A DNA stretch of 64,000 nucleotides from Macrostomum lignano (taxonomy: Eukaryota): assembly GCA_002269645.1 (NCBI GenBank), contig NIVC01002925.1, positions 62,001 to 126,000 on the forward strand, given 5' to 3'. A program made the position numbers and the translations under genes. Below are positions 23,307 to 34,600 of the stretch, piece by piece (the first letter of the stretch is position 1; each line of letters begins with the position of its first letter). The notes beneath the pieces were generated by a model, which was given only the letters and a program-made list of their open reading frames with translations, had not been told where the DNA came from and did not search any database.

Positions 23307-25232
23307 AACTGGGTGTTTGTAGCGTCCACCGGAAGCTGGGTGTTTGTAGCGTCCACCGGAAGCTGGGTGTTTGTAGCGTCCACCGGAAGCTGGGTGTTTG
23401 TAGCGTCCACCGGAAGCTGGGTGTTTGTAGCGTCCACCGGAAGCTGGGTGTTTGTAGCGTCCACCGGAAGCTGGGTGTTTGTAGCGTCCACCGGAAGCTG
23501 GGTGTTTGTAGCGTCCACCGGAAGCTGGGTGTTTGTAGCGTCCACAGGAAGCTGGGTGTTTGTGGCGTCCACAGGAAGCTGGGTGTTTGTGGCGTCCACA
23601 GGAAGCTGGGTGTTTGTGGCGTCCACAGGAAGCTGGGTGTTTGTGGCGTCCACAGGAAGCTGGGTGTTTGTGGCGTCCACCGGAAGCTGGGTGTTTGTAG
23701 CGTCCACCGAAAACTGGGTGTTTGTGGCGTCCACAGGAAGCTGGGTGTTTGTAGCGTCCACAGGAAGCTGGGTGTTTGTGGCGTCCACCGGAAGCTGGGT
23801 GTTTGTGGCGTCCACCGGAAGCTGGGTGTTTGTGGCGTCCACAGGAAGCTGGGTGTTTGTGGCGTCCAAAGGAAGCTGGGTGTTTGTAGCGTCCACCGGA
23901 AGCTGGGTGTTTGTGGCGTCCACAGGAAGCTGGGTGTTTGTGGCGTCCACCGAAAGCTGGGTGTTTGTGGCGTCCACCGGAAGCTGGGTGTTTGTGGCGT
24001 CCACCGGAAGCTGGGTGTTTGTGGCGTCCACCGGAAGCTGGGTGTTTGTGGCGTCCACCGGAAGCTGGGTGTTTGTGGCGTCCACCGGAAGCTGGGTGTT
24101 TGTAGCGTCCACCGAAAACTGGGTGTTTGTGGCGTCCACAGGAAGCTGGGTGTTTGTAGCGTCCACAGGAAGCTGGGTGTTTGTGGCGTCCACCGGAAGC
24201 TGGGTGTTTGTAGCGTCCACCGAAAACTGGGTGTTTGTAGCGTCCACAGGAAGCTGGGTGTTTGTAGCGTCCACAGGAAGCTGGGTGTTTGTGGCGTCCA
24301 CCGGAAGCTGGGTGTTTGTGGCGTCCACAGGAAGCTGGGTGTTTGTGGCGTCCACAGGAAGCTGGGTGTTTGTAGCGTCCACCGGAAGCTGGGTGTTTGT
24401 AGCGTCCACAGGAAGCTGGGTGTTTGTAGCGTCCACCGGAAGCTGGGTGTTTGTGGCGCCCACAGGAAGCTGGGTGTTTGTAGCATCCACCGAAAACTAG
24501 GTGTTTGTGGCGTCTACCGAAAACTGGTTGTTTGTGGCGCCCACCGAAAACTGGGTGTTTGTGGCGCCCACCGAAAACTGGTTGTTTGTGGCGCCCACCG
24601 AAAACTGGTTGTTTGTGGCACTCACCGAAAGCTGGGTGTTTGTGGCGCCCACCGAAAATTGGTTGTTTGTGGCGCCCACCGAAAACTGGGTTTTGTGGCG
24701 CCCACCGAAAACTGGGTGTTTGTGGCACCCACCGAAAACTGGTTGTTTGTGGCGCCCACCGAAAACTGGGTTTTGTGGCGCCCACCGAAAACTGGGTGTT
24801 TGTGGCACCCACCGAAAACTGGTTGTTTGTGGCGCCCACCGAAAATTGGGTGTTTGTGGCGCCCACCGAAAACTGTTTGTTTGTGGCGCCCACCGAAAAC
24901 TGGTTGTTTGTGGCGCCCACCGAAAACTGGTTGTTTGTGGCGCCCACCGAAAGCTGGGTGTTTGTGGCGCCCACCGAAAACTGGTTGTTTGTGGCGCCCA
25001 CCGAAAATTGGGTGTTTGTGGCGCCCACCGAAAACTGGTTGTTTGTGGCGCCCACCGAAAACTGGTTGTTTGTGGCGCCCACCGAAAACTGGTTGCTTGT
25101 GGCGCCCACCGAAAGCTGGGTGTTTGTGGCGCCCACCGAAAACTGGGTGTTTGGTGCCCACCGAAAGCTGGGTGTTTGTGGCGCCCACCGAAAACTGGTT
25201 GTTTGTGGCGCCCACCGAAAACTGGGTGTTTG
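23307..25232. repeat. 27-bp minisatellite (gctgggtgtttgtagcgtccaccggaa grading to aactggttgtttgtggcgcccaccgaa)
   Basis: About 70 head-to-tail units with no spacers; source of the many 9-aa periodic ORFs. Confidence 0.97.
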
Positions 25233-26934
25233 TGGCGGAACTGCGGGTGATTTTCGTCAGCGCCTGTTGGTACATGCACAACTACAGATTTGCAGCATGT
25301 GGCAACCAAGGACCACTAGCAGTATATCAGATATCAGTAGTTGTCCTTGGTGGCAACTGGGTGCCTGCAACACCTGAGTAGCTTAAAAGTACATGTATGG
25401 GTGCATATGAGCTGTCACGCCTGGCTTCGTGACTCACGGAGCATACAACAGTGACACCTGCAACGACCTGCAAGATTAAAGATCCTCGGAGCGGATCTGC
25501 CGAGCTGCACGCTCTTACAGCTGGTTGAGCAGGCAAAAACAATGTGGGCTGAAAGAAGCTGCAAATGAATGCTTCTTTCCTGCTGAGCAGCCCACGCGAA
25601 AAAGCTTTTCGGTGAGACGGCTGGCAGTAGGATTTTTAGGGATTAATTTGATACGCGTCTTGCGTGCGTGTCAGCAGGGTGACGGGGCGATGAGTCTGTT
25701 GCTGATCAGCTAATCAGGGCCTGGCTGAGGAGTTTGGCCACTTCCGTCTGGCCTTCCCATCAGCCGCGGGTCGCACCGCACTTTGCCACGCAGACTCACT
25801 TTGCCACGCAGACTGCGGCCAGATCTTGCAGGCTTTTGTGCCCCCGCGCGCAGGACAGGAAGATGCGGCTGTAGCGGGATGAGGCTGTAAGGAAGAGAGG
25901 GGATGCTGAGAACTGGGTGAAGGGGGAATTGTGTGAGAGAGATCCCGCGGACCTGAATCTGCGGCATGTCAAGCAGGGCGACTTACAAGGGCCGCGTGCC
26001 CGGGCTCCTGCAAGACTCTGCTTCCACTCTACAACCCTGCGCGGCCCGCGTCTGTGTCACGTCACGGCATTCCAAATGAAAAAAGAGGCTGTGAGAGGCT
26101 GGGGGTCGCGCGGCAGGCCTATGAGGAGGAGATGGAGAGGCGATGCAGAGAGGAGAGGGGAATTCGCTGCCGAGGAGCTGGCGCGTGCGATAGCGCATGA
26201 AGTGCTGAAAGTGGGTGAGGAGAGGCCGGGGCCGGGACTCCACTGTGTCTACACCTCCTAAGCCTCGCCTCCTCCGGCCCTCATCGTCTTGGCGCTTAAG
26301 CTGCCAAACTCTGTGGGCTCTTCTTCTTCTTCTTCTTCTTCTTCTTCTCGCTTTTTGTCGCCTTTCGGCATAGCTCACCGGGAGTCCCTTACTCCAGCTC
26401 TTACGCTTCGCATTGCCGATCTTGTCTCTCTCGCCTGCTCACTCCGGTGATTCACGATGGTTTTGTTTAAAGAGGTCCCACGGTTCGTTATGCCGTGGTC
26501 ACTCTGCCGGGTGCGGTTTTGCCCGCGGGACGTGGTTTTCAAATCACGGCCGCGGGCCTCACCGCCCCCCCGGTTCCTTATTTGCCAGACTGGCACGCCA
26601 GTCTGCCCGCTTGGCACCAATCGTGGAGGTTGGGAACCATCGCCAAGCACTCTGTGGGCTCTCGATTAAATTGCCCGGCTTCGTCATCATCTTTTATGGT
26701 TTGCAACTTGTTTAGAAATCGTTTTTCCTCCACAGTGGCGGTTTGAATTTGTCCAGGTCGAGTTTGTACACGTATGATGCCGTGGTGATTCGCACAATGC
26801 TGCGGTTTGCCATGCGAATTGAGCCAATTCAGGGGTATCTTCAACGCGGCATCGGAGAAAGGATGCTACTAAATTTATAAGACATGCAGATTGAATTCTA
26901 TAGGAACTGCTTTACTAGCAACAAAGCTAACTGT

Positions 26935-27640
26935 AGGTTGCCCAGCTGCTGGCCCAACTGTGAGACTCTGTATCGGAGCATGGAGTGACCCAGCTGCTGG
27001 CCCAACTGTGAGACTCTGTATCGGAGCATGGAGTGACCCAGCTGCTGGCCCAAGTGTGAGATTCTGTGTCGGAGCATGGAGTGACCCAGCTGCTGGCCCA
27101 ACTGTGAGACTCTGTATCGGAGCATGGAGTGACCCAGCTGCTGACCCAACTGTGAGATTCTGTGTCGGAGCATGGAGTGACCCAGCTGCTGACTGTGAGA
27201 TTCTGTGTCGCAGCATGGAGTGACCCAGCCGCTGACTGTGAGATTCTGTATCGGAGCATGGAGTGACCCAGCTGCTGACCCAACTGTGAGATTCTGTGTC
27301 GGAGCATGGAGTGACCCAGCTGCTGACCCAACTGTGAGATTCTGTGTCGGAGCATGGAGTGACCCAGCTGCTGACCCAACTGTGAGATTCTGTGTCGGAG
27401 CATGGAGTGACCCAGCTGCTGACCCAACTGTGAGATTCTGTGTCGGAGCATGGAGTGACCCAGCTGCTGACCCAACTGTGAGATTCTGTGTCGGAGCATG
27501 GAGTGACCCAGCTGCTGACTGTGAGATTCTGTGTCGGAGCATGGAGTGACCCAGCCGCTGACTGTGAGATTCTGTGTCGGAGCATGGAGTGACCCAGCTG
27601 CTGACCCAACTGTGAGATTCTGTGTCGGTGCATGGAGTGA
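26935..27640. repeat. 48-bp minisatellite with 42-bp variants (ctgtgagattctgtgtcggagcatggagtgacccagctgctgacccaa)
   Basis: Direct tandem units. Confidence 0.95.
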
Positions 27641-28587
27641 CTCCAAAGGGACACTGAGAGTGGAGCAAGCCGCGTGTATAAAAGCGTGACTCTGGGATCC
27701 AACATTATTTCAAATCATCTACAGAAGCCTCCCATAAGCACTCGGGTGGATCCACCCGGGTGGATCATTCAAGTGAATAGTGCAAAGAGACACGAGCGGG
27801 AGAGACGAAGGGACGGAGCGAGTTGCATTGCAATCAATTTTATAACACTGGGAAGTGAGCCAATATTTCTTCACCCGGATGCTGGGTGGCTGTACTCATC
27901 GCGCTCCGGCCCCCCCCCCCGGACCCGAACTTTCACCCAGAAGCAGCTGTGACCCTTCAGCGACTCAGCTTAGGCACCAACCAAGGGGCGACCGCGCAGC
28001 TTTCACCGTCGCGCGGAGGGTGGTAAAATAAATGGGAAAATTCCATTAATTTCCCTCACGACTGTGGGATCTGGCCAACGAATGAGAGAGTGAGAAAGAG
28101 GCCGGCACGCGGCATAAGCTTGAGAATGCCAATTATTATTATTAATAACCTTCCAATGGGAAAGCGGCTCGAGCTCCATTTGGCGAGTGAACTCGTGTAG
28201 GTGCAGCTCTAAAACCCATGCAGTCTCGGCATATTTCTGATGCGGCTCAGAAGAGGAGGCTGATGGTTCCTTCTCTTCGGCTAATCCGGGGACACGGGAG
28301 CGCCTCTATCTTAGTTTGTATCTTTCCAGCTTCCCCCGGGGAACTGGGGGCCGGATAGGAGGGATTTTAGGCTCTCGGCTAAAGTGTTCGAATTGCTGCT
28401 AGTGTTCCGCAAACGCTGCAAAAGAAGTTTCCATGCAGAAGCAGTGAGAAATGGGCGCACTTGTCTGTCTGGCTTATCCCCACTCCATCTCTCTCGCATG
28501 CGTGGATCGGCAGGCTGACGGAATTTCAACTCGTTCTTCGCGTTTTTTGTTTATCTGGAGACGTTTGTATCGGTGCAAAAAAGTTGC

Positions 28588-28658
28588 TGCATCGGCCGGG
28601 AATAGAACCCGGGCTGCCCGCGTGGCAGGCGAGCATTCTACCACTGAACCACCGATGC
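28588..28658 (-). tRNA. trnG-GCC: tRNA-Gly (GCC) variant with a T-loop substitution; possibly a pseudogene
   Basis: Same as the other copies except GGTTCTATT instead of GGTTCGATT in the B box/T-loop, and CAGC instead of CGGC in the variable loop. Confidence 0.85.
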
Positions 28659-29845
28659 TTGTTATCCAAGAGACACTCGGAGCCGTTTGATAGGACCTGC
28701 GCCCCAAGTTAGGCAGTGTACATCTCTTGTCAGTAGGCGCACTGTACAAGCGCAATATATGTACTTATAGTTAGTTGCCTATAGTAAAAAAAACACATTG
28801 CAAATCAATATGAATCTCGCCAAACATGCTTTTTTGACGGACAGACAAGGCGACGAATGGTGAACGGGGTGGATCAGGAAAAATCAAACGCAAAATCAGC
28901 CCAGGCTGCACAGGAGCCGAACAGACAGTCCCGGGCTGTGCAGTCAGTCACGCGATGATGATGAAGTAGCAAGAATCGATGTTTTATAACAGCCGCATCA
29001 GCGCCATTCAGTATGAGGGAACACAGTACATGATTTACCTTGTCCGCTACGCTTCTCCATTCGATAACATTGCCTTGGCATTGATTTTTCGTTCGACGCT
29101 TTGCCTTGCTTCACACGGACGATCTGCTCAGCGTGCTTGCTGGTGCTTGCGGTTGTCCAAATACAGAGCTATCAGTTTTCTCAGCGAACATCATACATAC
29201 AGCTTCTGAAGGGAGTATATGAGATGAAGGAGAGTCAATGGATTGCTAGAGAGGAGACTCGAGCGGACTCAAGAGACTAGCATCCGGATGGTTGTCTAAA
29301 ATTTAACATTTCAAATGCTTAAAATATTGCTTTTTTAGTTTTTGCTCTTCTAAAACTTACGTTCTATGTCTTCTACTTCAAGTAGCAAAATTCGAATCTC
29401 TTCTTAAGAAAAATCTGAGTAACCTTTTGTCGTAAAGATAATGCATTTTTTGTAATTTTTTAAGACTTACGGGGGTCGTTTCACAAATCCAATTTTTCAC
29501 AAAGTCGAAAGACACTGCCTTTCACAACCTCGAATTTACATAAGACCGAAATTTTACAACATTGAAAACCTTAAGCTTAGCCAGCCATTTCACAGCATTG
29601 CAAATACATAAACCCAAAAATTTTACAAACCTGAAATTTAAACAAAGTCGAATAGCCTCCTTTCTCTTCAGCGTATTTCGACATTGTGAAATTTCGGGTT
29701 TATATGAAATGTTAGTGAGGCTGAGCAAAACTCAAGGCTGGACGCAGCAATAAGCGGTAGCATTAAATTAGTTAAGAAAATATGATTATTTTTTCCATTA
29801 TTACAGAATTTAACACTTGATGAGACACCAGTAGAAAAAAATTAT

Positions 29846-29916
29846 TGCATCGGCCGGGAATCGAACCCGGGCCGCCCGCGTGGCAGGCGAGCATTCTACC
29901 ACTGAACCACCGATGC
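29846..29916 (-). tRNA. trnG-GCC: tRNA-Gly (GCC)
   Basis: Identical 71-nt sequence to 16404-16474, with a downstream T tract. Confidence 0.97.
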
Positions 29917-30524
29917 TTGTAGACTGAAGCGACTCGCGGAGCTGGTTAATTGGACCAGCCCTAAGTCAGACAGTGTACATCTCTACTTATCAAGTGTACA
30001 TTCTGAGCGCCAATCAGCAAGCTGCACGCGCTGAACCTAATAAAAGGGTTAGATTTTAGTTTATTGGGCCTATTAAAAATAGTAAAGAAAATTAAAAGCA
30101 TTATCTCACTGGAAAAGTATGATGTACGAGTAGTCAACATGTCTGAGCCGTTGGTTTTAACGAAGAACTTACGCATGCTAAGCTCGATTAACGAAGCTTT
30201 TAGGCATCTTCAAAATGTTCCCAAGAAATGGAGTGTACCGCACTTCTGCTTTTCAATTATCTGTTAAAAAACATGTATGCCATGTACATTCTAACAAAAA
30301 ATACACTAAAAACACATCGAAGAGAAGCATACTCTCTCTACAACCCTTACACAGCAGTTGCAGAGGATGAGGCCGCATCGGTGCTGCGACTGCCGCTGCA
30401 GCTTCGCATGGGCTGGCACTGCAGATGATCGCTCTGAAACAGCAGGTCAGTGAATCCTATTCCATGGCGGCGAGGTCATAAACTCTGCTAGCAGATGAGT
30501 TTTCGATGACTGGATGAGCCTGAG

Positions 30525-31065
30525 CTTCTGTCACCGTATTCCTTCTGTCACTGTAACTTCTGTCACTGTGTCACTTCTGTCACTGTGTCACTTCTGTTAC
30601 TGTGTCACTTCTGTCACTGTGTCACTTCTGGTACTGTGTCACTTCTGTCACTGTGTCACTTCTGTCACTGTGTCACTTCTGTCACTGTGTCACTTCTGGT
30701 ACTGTGTCACTTCTGTCACTGTGTCACTTCTGTCACTGTGTCACTTCTGTTACTGTGTCACTTCTGTTACTGTGTCACTTCTGTCACTGTGTCACTTCTG
30801 GTACTGTGTCACTTCTGTCACTGTGTCACTTCTGTCACTGTGTCACTTCTGTTACTGTGTCACTTCTGTTACTGTGTCACTTCTGTCACTGTGTCACTTC
30901 TGGTACTGTGTCACTTCTGTCACTGTGTCACTTCTGTCACTGTGTCACTTCTGTCACTGTGTCACTTCTGTCACTGTGTCACTTCTGTCACTGTGTCACT
31001 TCTGTCACTGTGTCACTTCTGTCACTGTGTCACTTCTGTCACTGTGTCACTTCTGTCACTGTCAT
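30525..31065. repeat. 17-bp minisatellite (ctgtgtcacttctgtca)
   Basis: Direct tandem units. Confidence 0.95.
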
Positions 31066-31622
31066 CTTCACCCTTTGCATCACCTTTTCGCCATCAATGT
31101 GCTGCAGTTCAAGGCCATGGAAAATTACCTTGTTTCAGTTGAAGCTCTGAACTACTAAGACAGCTTCCAGTGTGTCTGCCCAGAGACCGCCTTGATCGCA
31201 CTGCGATTTCCATTGTTTCCTGAAATCCCCACCAGATCCCCCACCGCTCCAATCATTGGCCTCAGCCCCGGGCAGTCCAATCCCGCTCCCCAGAAGCGAC
31301 GCTCGCTTCCTCACAAAATATTGAATTCACCACGAGAGCCTCGAGGTTAACCGGTGATCGCTTTATCATCTTCTGCCCGCAAAAAGCAGCAATAACTTCC
31401 TGGCGGTAGATTGTAGTCAGTTGGGATCTGAGTCGCCCGTGATGAATGAGCCAGCAAATTCCCGCTGTACCGCCGAGCCAGTGGTATAAGCTGCTGTCCA
31501 CCTGGCAGTGGATACCATCGCCCCTGCAAGTTTATTCCCCATCAAACTCGACTCCCAACTCTGGCCGGGCGCCAGAATCCTCAGTTTCCTCGCAAGAGTC
31601 GTTGGGCCGAGCTGGCAGCGGG

Positions 31623-34600
31623 ATGAGCGCCCCATGCTGCTGGCAGCGGCTGCTGATTCTGTGCTGCACCGGACTGCTGCTGAGCCAGGCAGTTCAGCAA
31701 GGTGAGTCGAGCTCGAATTGTTATTTCATTCTCTCCCGGTGCTGTGCAATGTGTTCGCATCTTTGAAACCGGATTGATCTCAGCCGGAGCAGAAGGTGGC
31801 GCCAGCGGCGACAACCGCGACAGCGACGGAGATGCACCGGGCTTCTTGAGACTGTACTGCCAGCAAGACGAATTCACGTATGCTAGTGATGCAAGTAAGC
31901 TGTAGTAGCCTAATTAACATATGCTAGTGATTCTAGTAAGCTGTAGTAGCCTAATTAACATATGCTAGTGATTCAAGTAAGCTGTAGTAGCCTAATTAAC
32001 ATATGCTAGTGATTCTAGTAAGCTGTAGTAGCCTAATTAACATATTCTAGTGATGCAAGTAAGGCTGTAGTAGCCTAATTAACATATGCTAGTGATTCTA
32101 GTAAGCTGTAGTAGCCTAATTAACATATGCTAGTGATTCTAGTAAGCTGTAGTAGCCTAATTAACATATGCTAGTGATTCAAGTAAGCTGTAGTAGCCTA
32201 ATTAACATATGCTAGTGATTCTAGTAAGCTGTAGTAGCCTAATTAACATATTCTAGTGATGCAAGTAAGGCTGTAGTAGCCTAATTAACATATGCTAGTG
32301 ATTCTAGTAAGCTGTAGTAGCCTAATTAACATATGCTAGTGATTCTAGTAAGCTGTAGTAGCCTAATTAAAATATGCTAGTGATGCAAGTAAGCTGTAGT
32401 AGCCTAATTAACATATTCTAGTGATGCAAGTAAGGCTGTAGTAGCCTAATTAACATATGCTAGTGATTCTAGTAAGCTGTAGTAGCCTAATTAACATATG
32501 CTAGTGATTCTAGTAAGCTGTAGTAGCCTAATTAACATATGCTAGTGATGCAAGTAAGGCTGTAGTAGCCTAATTAACATATGCTAGTGATGCAAGTAAG
32601 CTGTAGTAGCCTAATTAACATATGCTAGTGATTCTAGTAAGCTGTAGTAGCCTAATTAACATATGCTAGTGATGCAAGTAAGCTGTAGTAGCCTAAATAA
32701 CATATGCTAGTGATTCTAGTAAGCTGTAGTAGCCTAATTAACATATGCTAGTGATGCAAGTAGAACCGGGAGCTAATGTAAGTCCTCGCAGTGGACACGC
32801 AGTGAAAATGAAATCCATGCGATAGATTTCACCTTAAAATAGAGACTGTAAAAGGACAAACTGAAGGCTGAGGAATATAAGTCGCATTCCTCACTTGGCT
32901 GAAATCTTCCCAATTTGTCGGCCTTGGGGTGGCGGAGCGAGGGCGATAACGGAGTACTGCCTCACAGCTGACTGGGCAGCGAGATTGCCAGCTGATTTGA
33001 GCACAGCTTACCGAGAGTGCGAGTTATTTGGGGATGAGGGAGAGGGGTATGAGTAAACAACAAGTTCACTGCTCTGCCCTCATGTGTGTCAGTGGATAAA
33101 CACATGAATGTATTGCTAAGCTAGCCAACACCACCGATGCAGGAATAGAATGGATTGCTAATCTAGCCAATATCACTGATGAAGGAATAGAACGGATTGC
33201 TAATCTAGCCAACATCACTGATGAAGGAATAAAATGGATTGCTAATCTAGCCCAGCACCCAAAGAGACCAAGTTAATGCAGTGCACAGGATAATAATACC
33301 AACGGACAGCGTTTCCAGGAAGGCCTAATGATTCATTCCCCTTTCGCCACCAGCAGCCGGGTTTAACAGGACTTGGGCTGGCAGGGGGGCACAGTGTACG
33401 CACGCACTGATTCAGGCAGCAGTGCGTCACTCTTCACTCAAATGTTGACTGGGTGAAGAAAAGAAGCAAGATCTCCAGTTGCTAGCACTAGCAACCGTTG
33501 GTTGCGAGGTCAGGCTTCGGGTCAGGGGGGGGGGAACTGAGCGGGAAAACAGATCCGGCCGATTTCGAAATCCCGGCCCCATTAAAGTATGGAAACGGGG
33601 ACCCGGCCGGAGCAGGCAGCTTTCACCGCTAATCCTTCCCACCAGCTGCCGGCCGCGGAAGTACCATCAGATGCGGTGGCGGCGCCGGAATTTCTTTTTT
33701 GAAGCAAATAAACGTACTCATATGAGCTTGTGGTCTTAACTGACTCAGCTCAGCGGGTGAGCACATGCACGCCCTTGCACAGTGTTTCCTTTTGCTCAAG
33801 CCACCTCCACTTCCATTCCATCCTCGTCCCTGCACGGGGGGGGGGGGCTAATTAGTGCCACGATAATTAGATTTGATTTGCGAGAGGGGGCGAGGGAGAG
33901 GGAGAGGCTGGGGGAGCGCAGAGCTGTCACCGCCGAAGCACTAGCAGAAGTCCGCACTTTTCCTGATCCCTTTCCTGCCGTGGTGCTCCCTGGCGCCTCA
34001 TATTAAAACTATCAAGGGCTTTAGGGGCTGCTGCTACGTGCATCAACCAATTAGCCTTGCCAAACAAAAGCGTCATCGTCATGGATAAATGGGCGGTGGC
34101 TGCTGCACTGCAGGGGGCCGGGGGGCTACGTTAGGTTAGGGATTTAAGAGGCATGAATGATCGAGTCCCATCTGAATTTCTGTAACACTTCGTCAATAAA
34201 TGGATGGCTACACATTACTACAAGCCGACATGGTGTTAGGCTGGAATTGACATTGCTATGAGTTCCCGATGGGAATTCAAGGGTTGGGATCTAGGATGTA
34301 AGCGTGGTAGAAAAAGCCATAAAAGTTGCTTATAGCTACGCTGGTACCCAGTAATTTTTTGAATAATATAATAGTCAAGCTGTCTATATAAATAGTATGG
34401 TAAAGTTAATAAAGACAAGATTTGAATTGGCTTAAAGAGAAGTATCGATTTTTTGTCTATTGGCTTACTGCACACTGTACAGTCTTTTGGGCGTGAGGAA
34501 TTTTCCTATCCTCGGTTAAGAACTGAATGTAAATGCACCGGTTTATCAATGTACATCGCTGAAGGTTGGCTTGACTGGGAGTGGAGCGTGGGGTAGAATT

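Noticed and set aside
23307-25232. CRISPR-like array
   Set aside because: Head-to-tail units with no unique spacers, no cas genes and a eukaryotic context.
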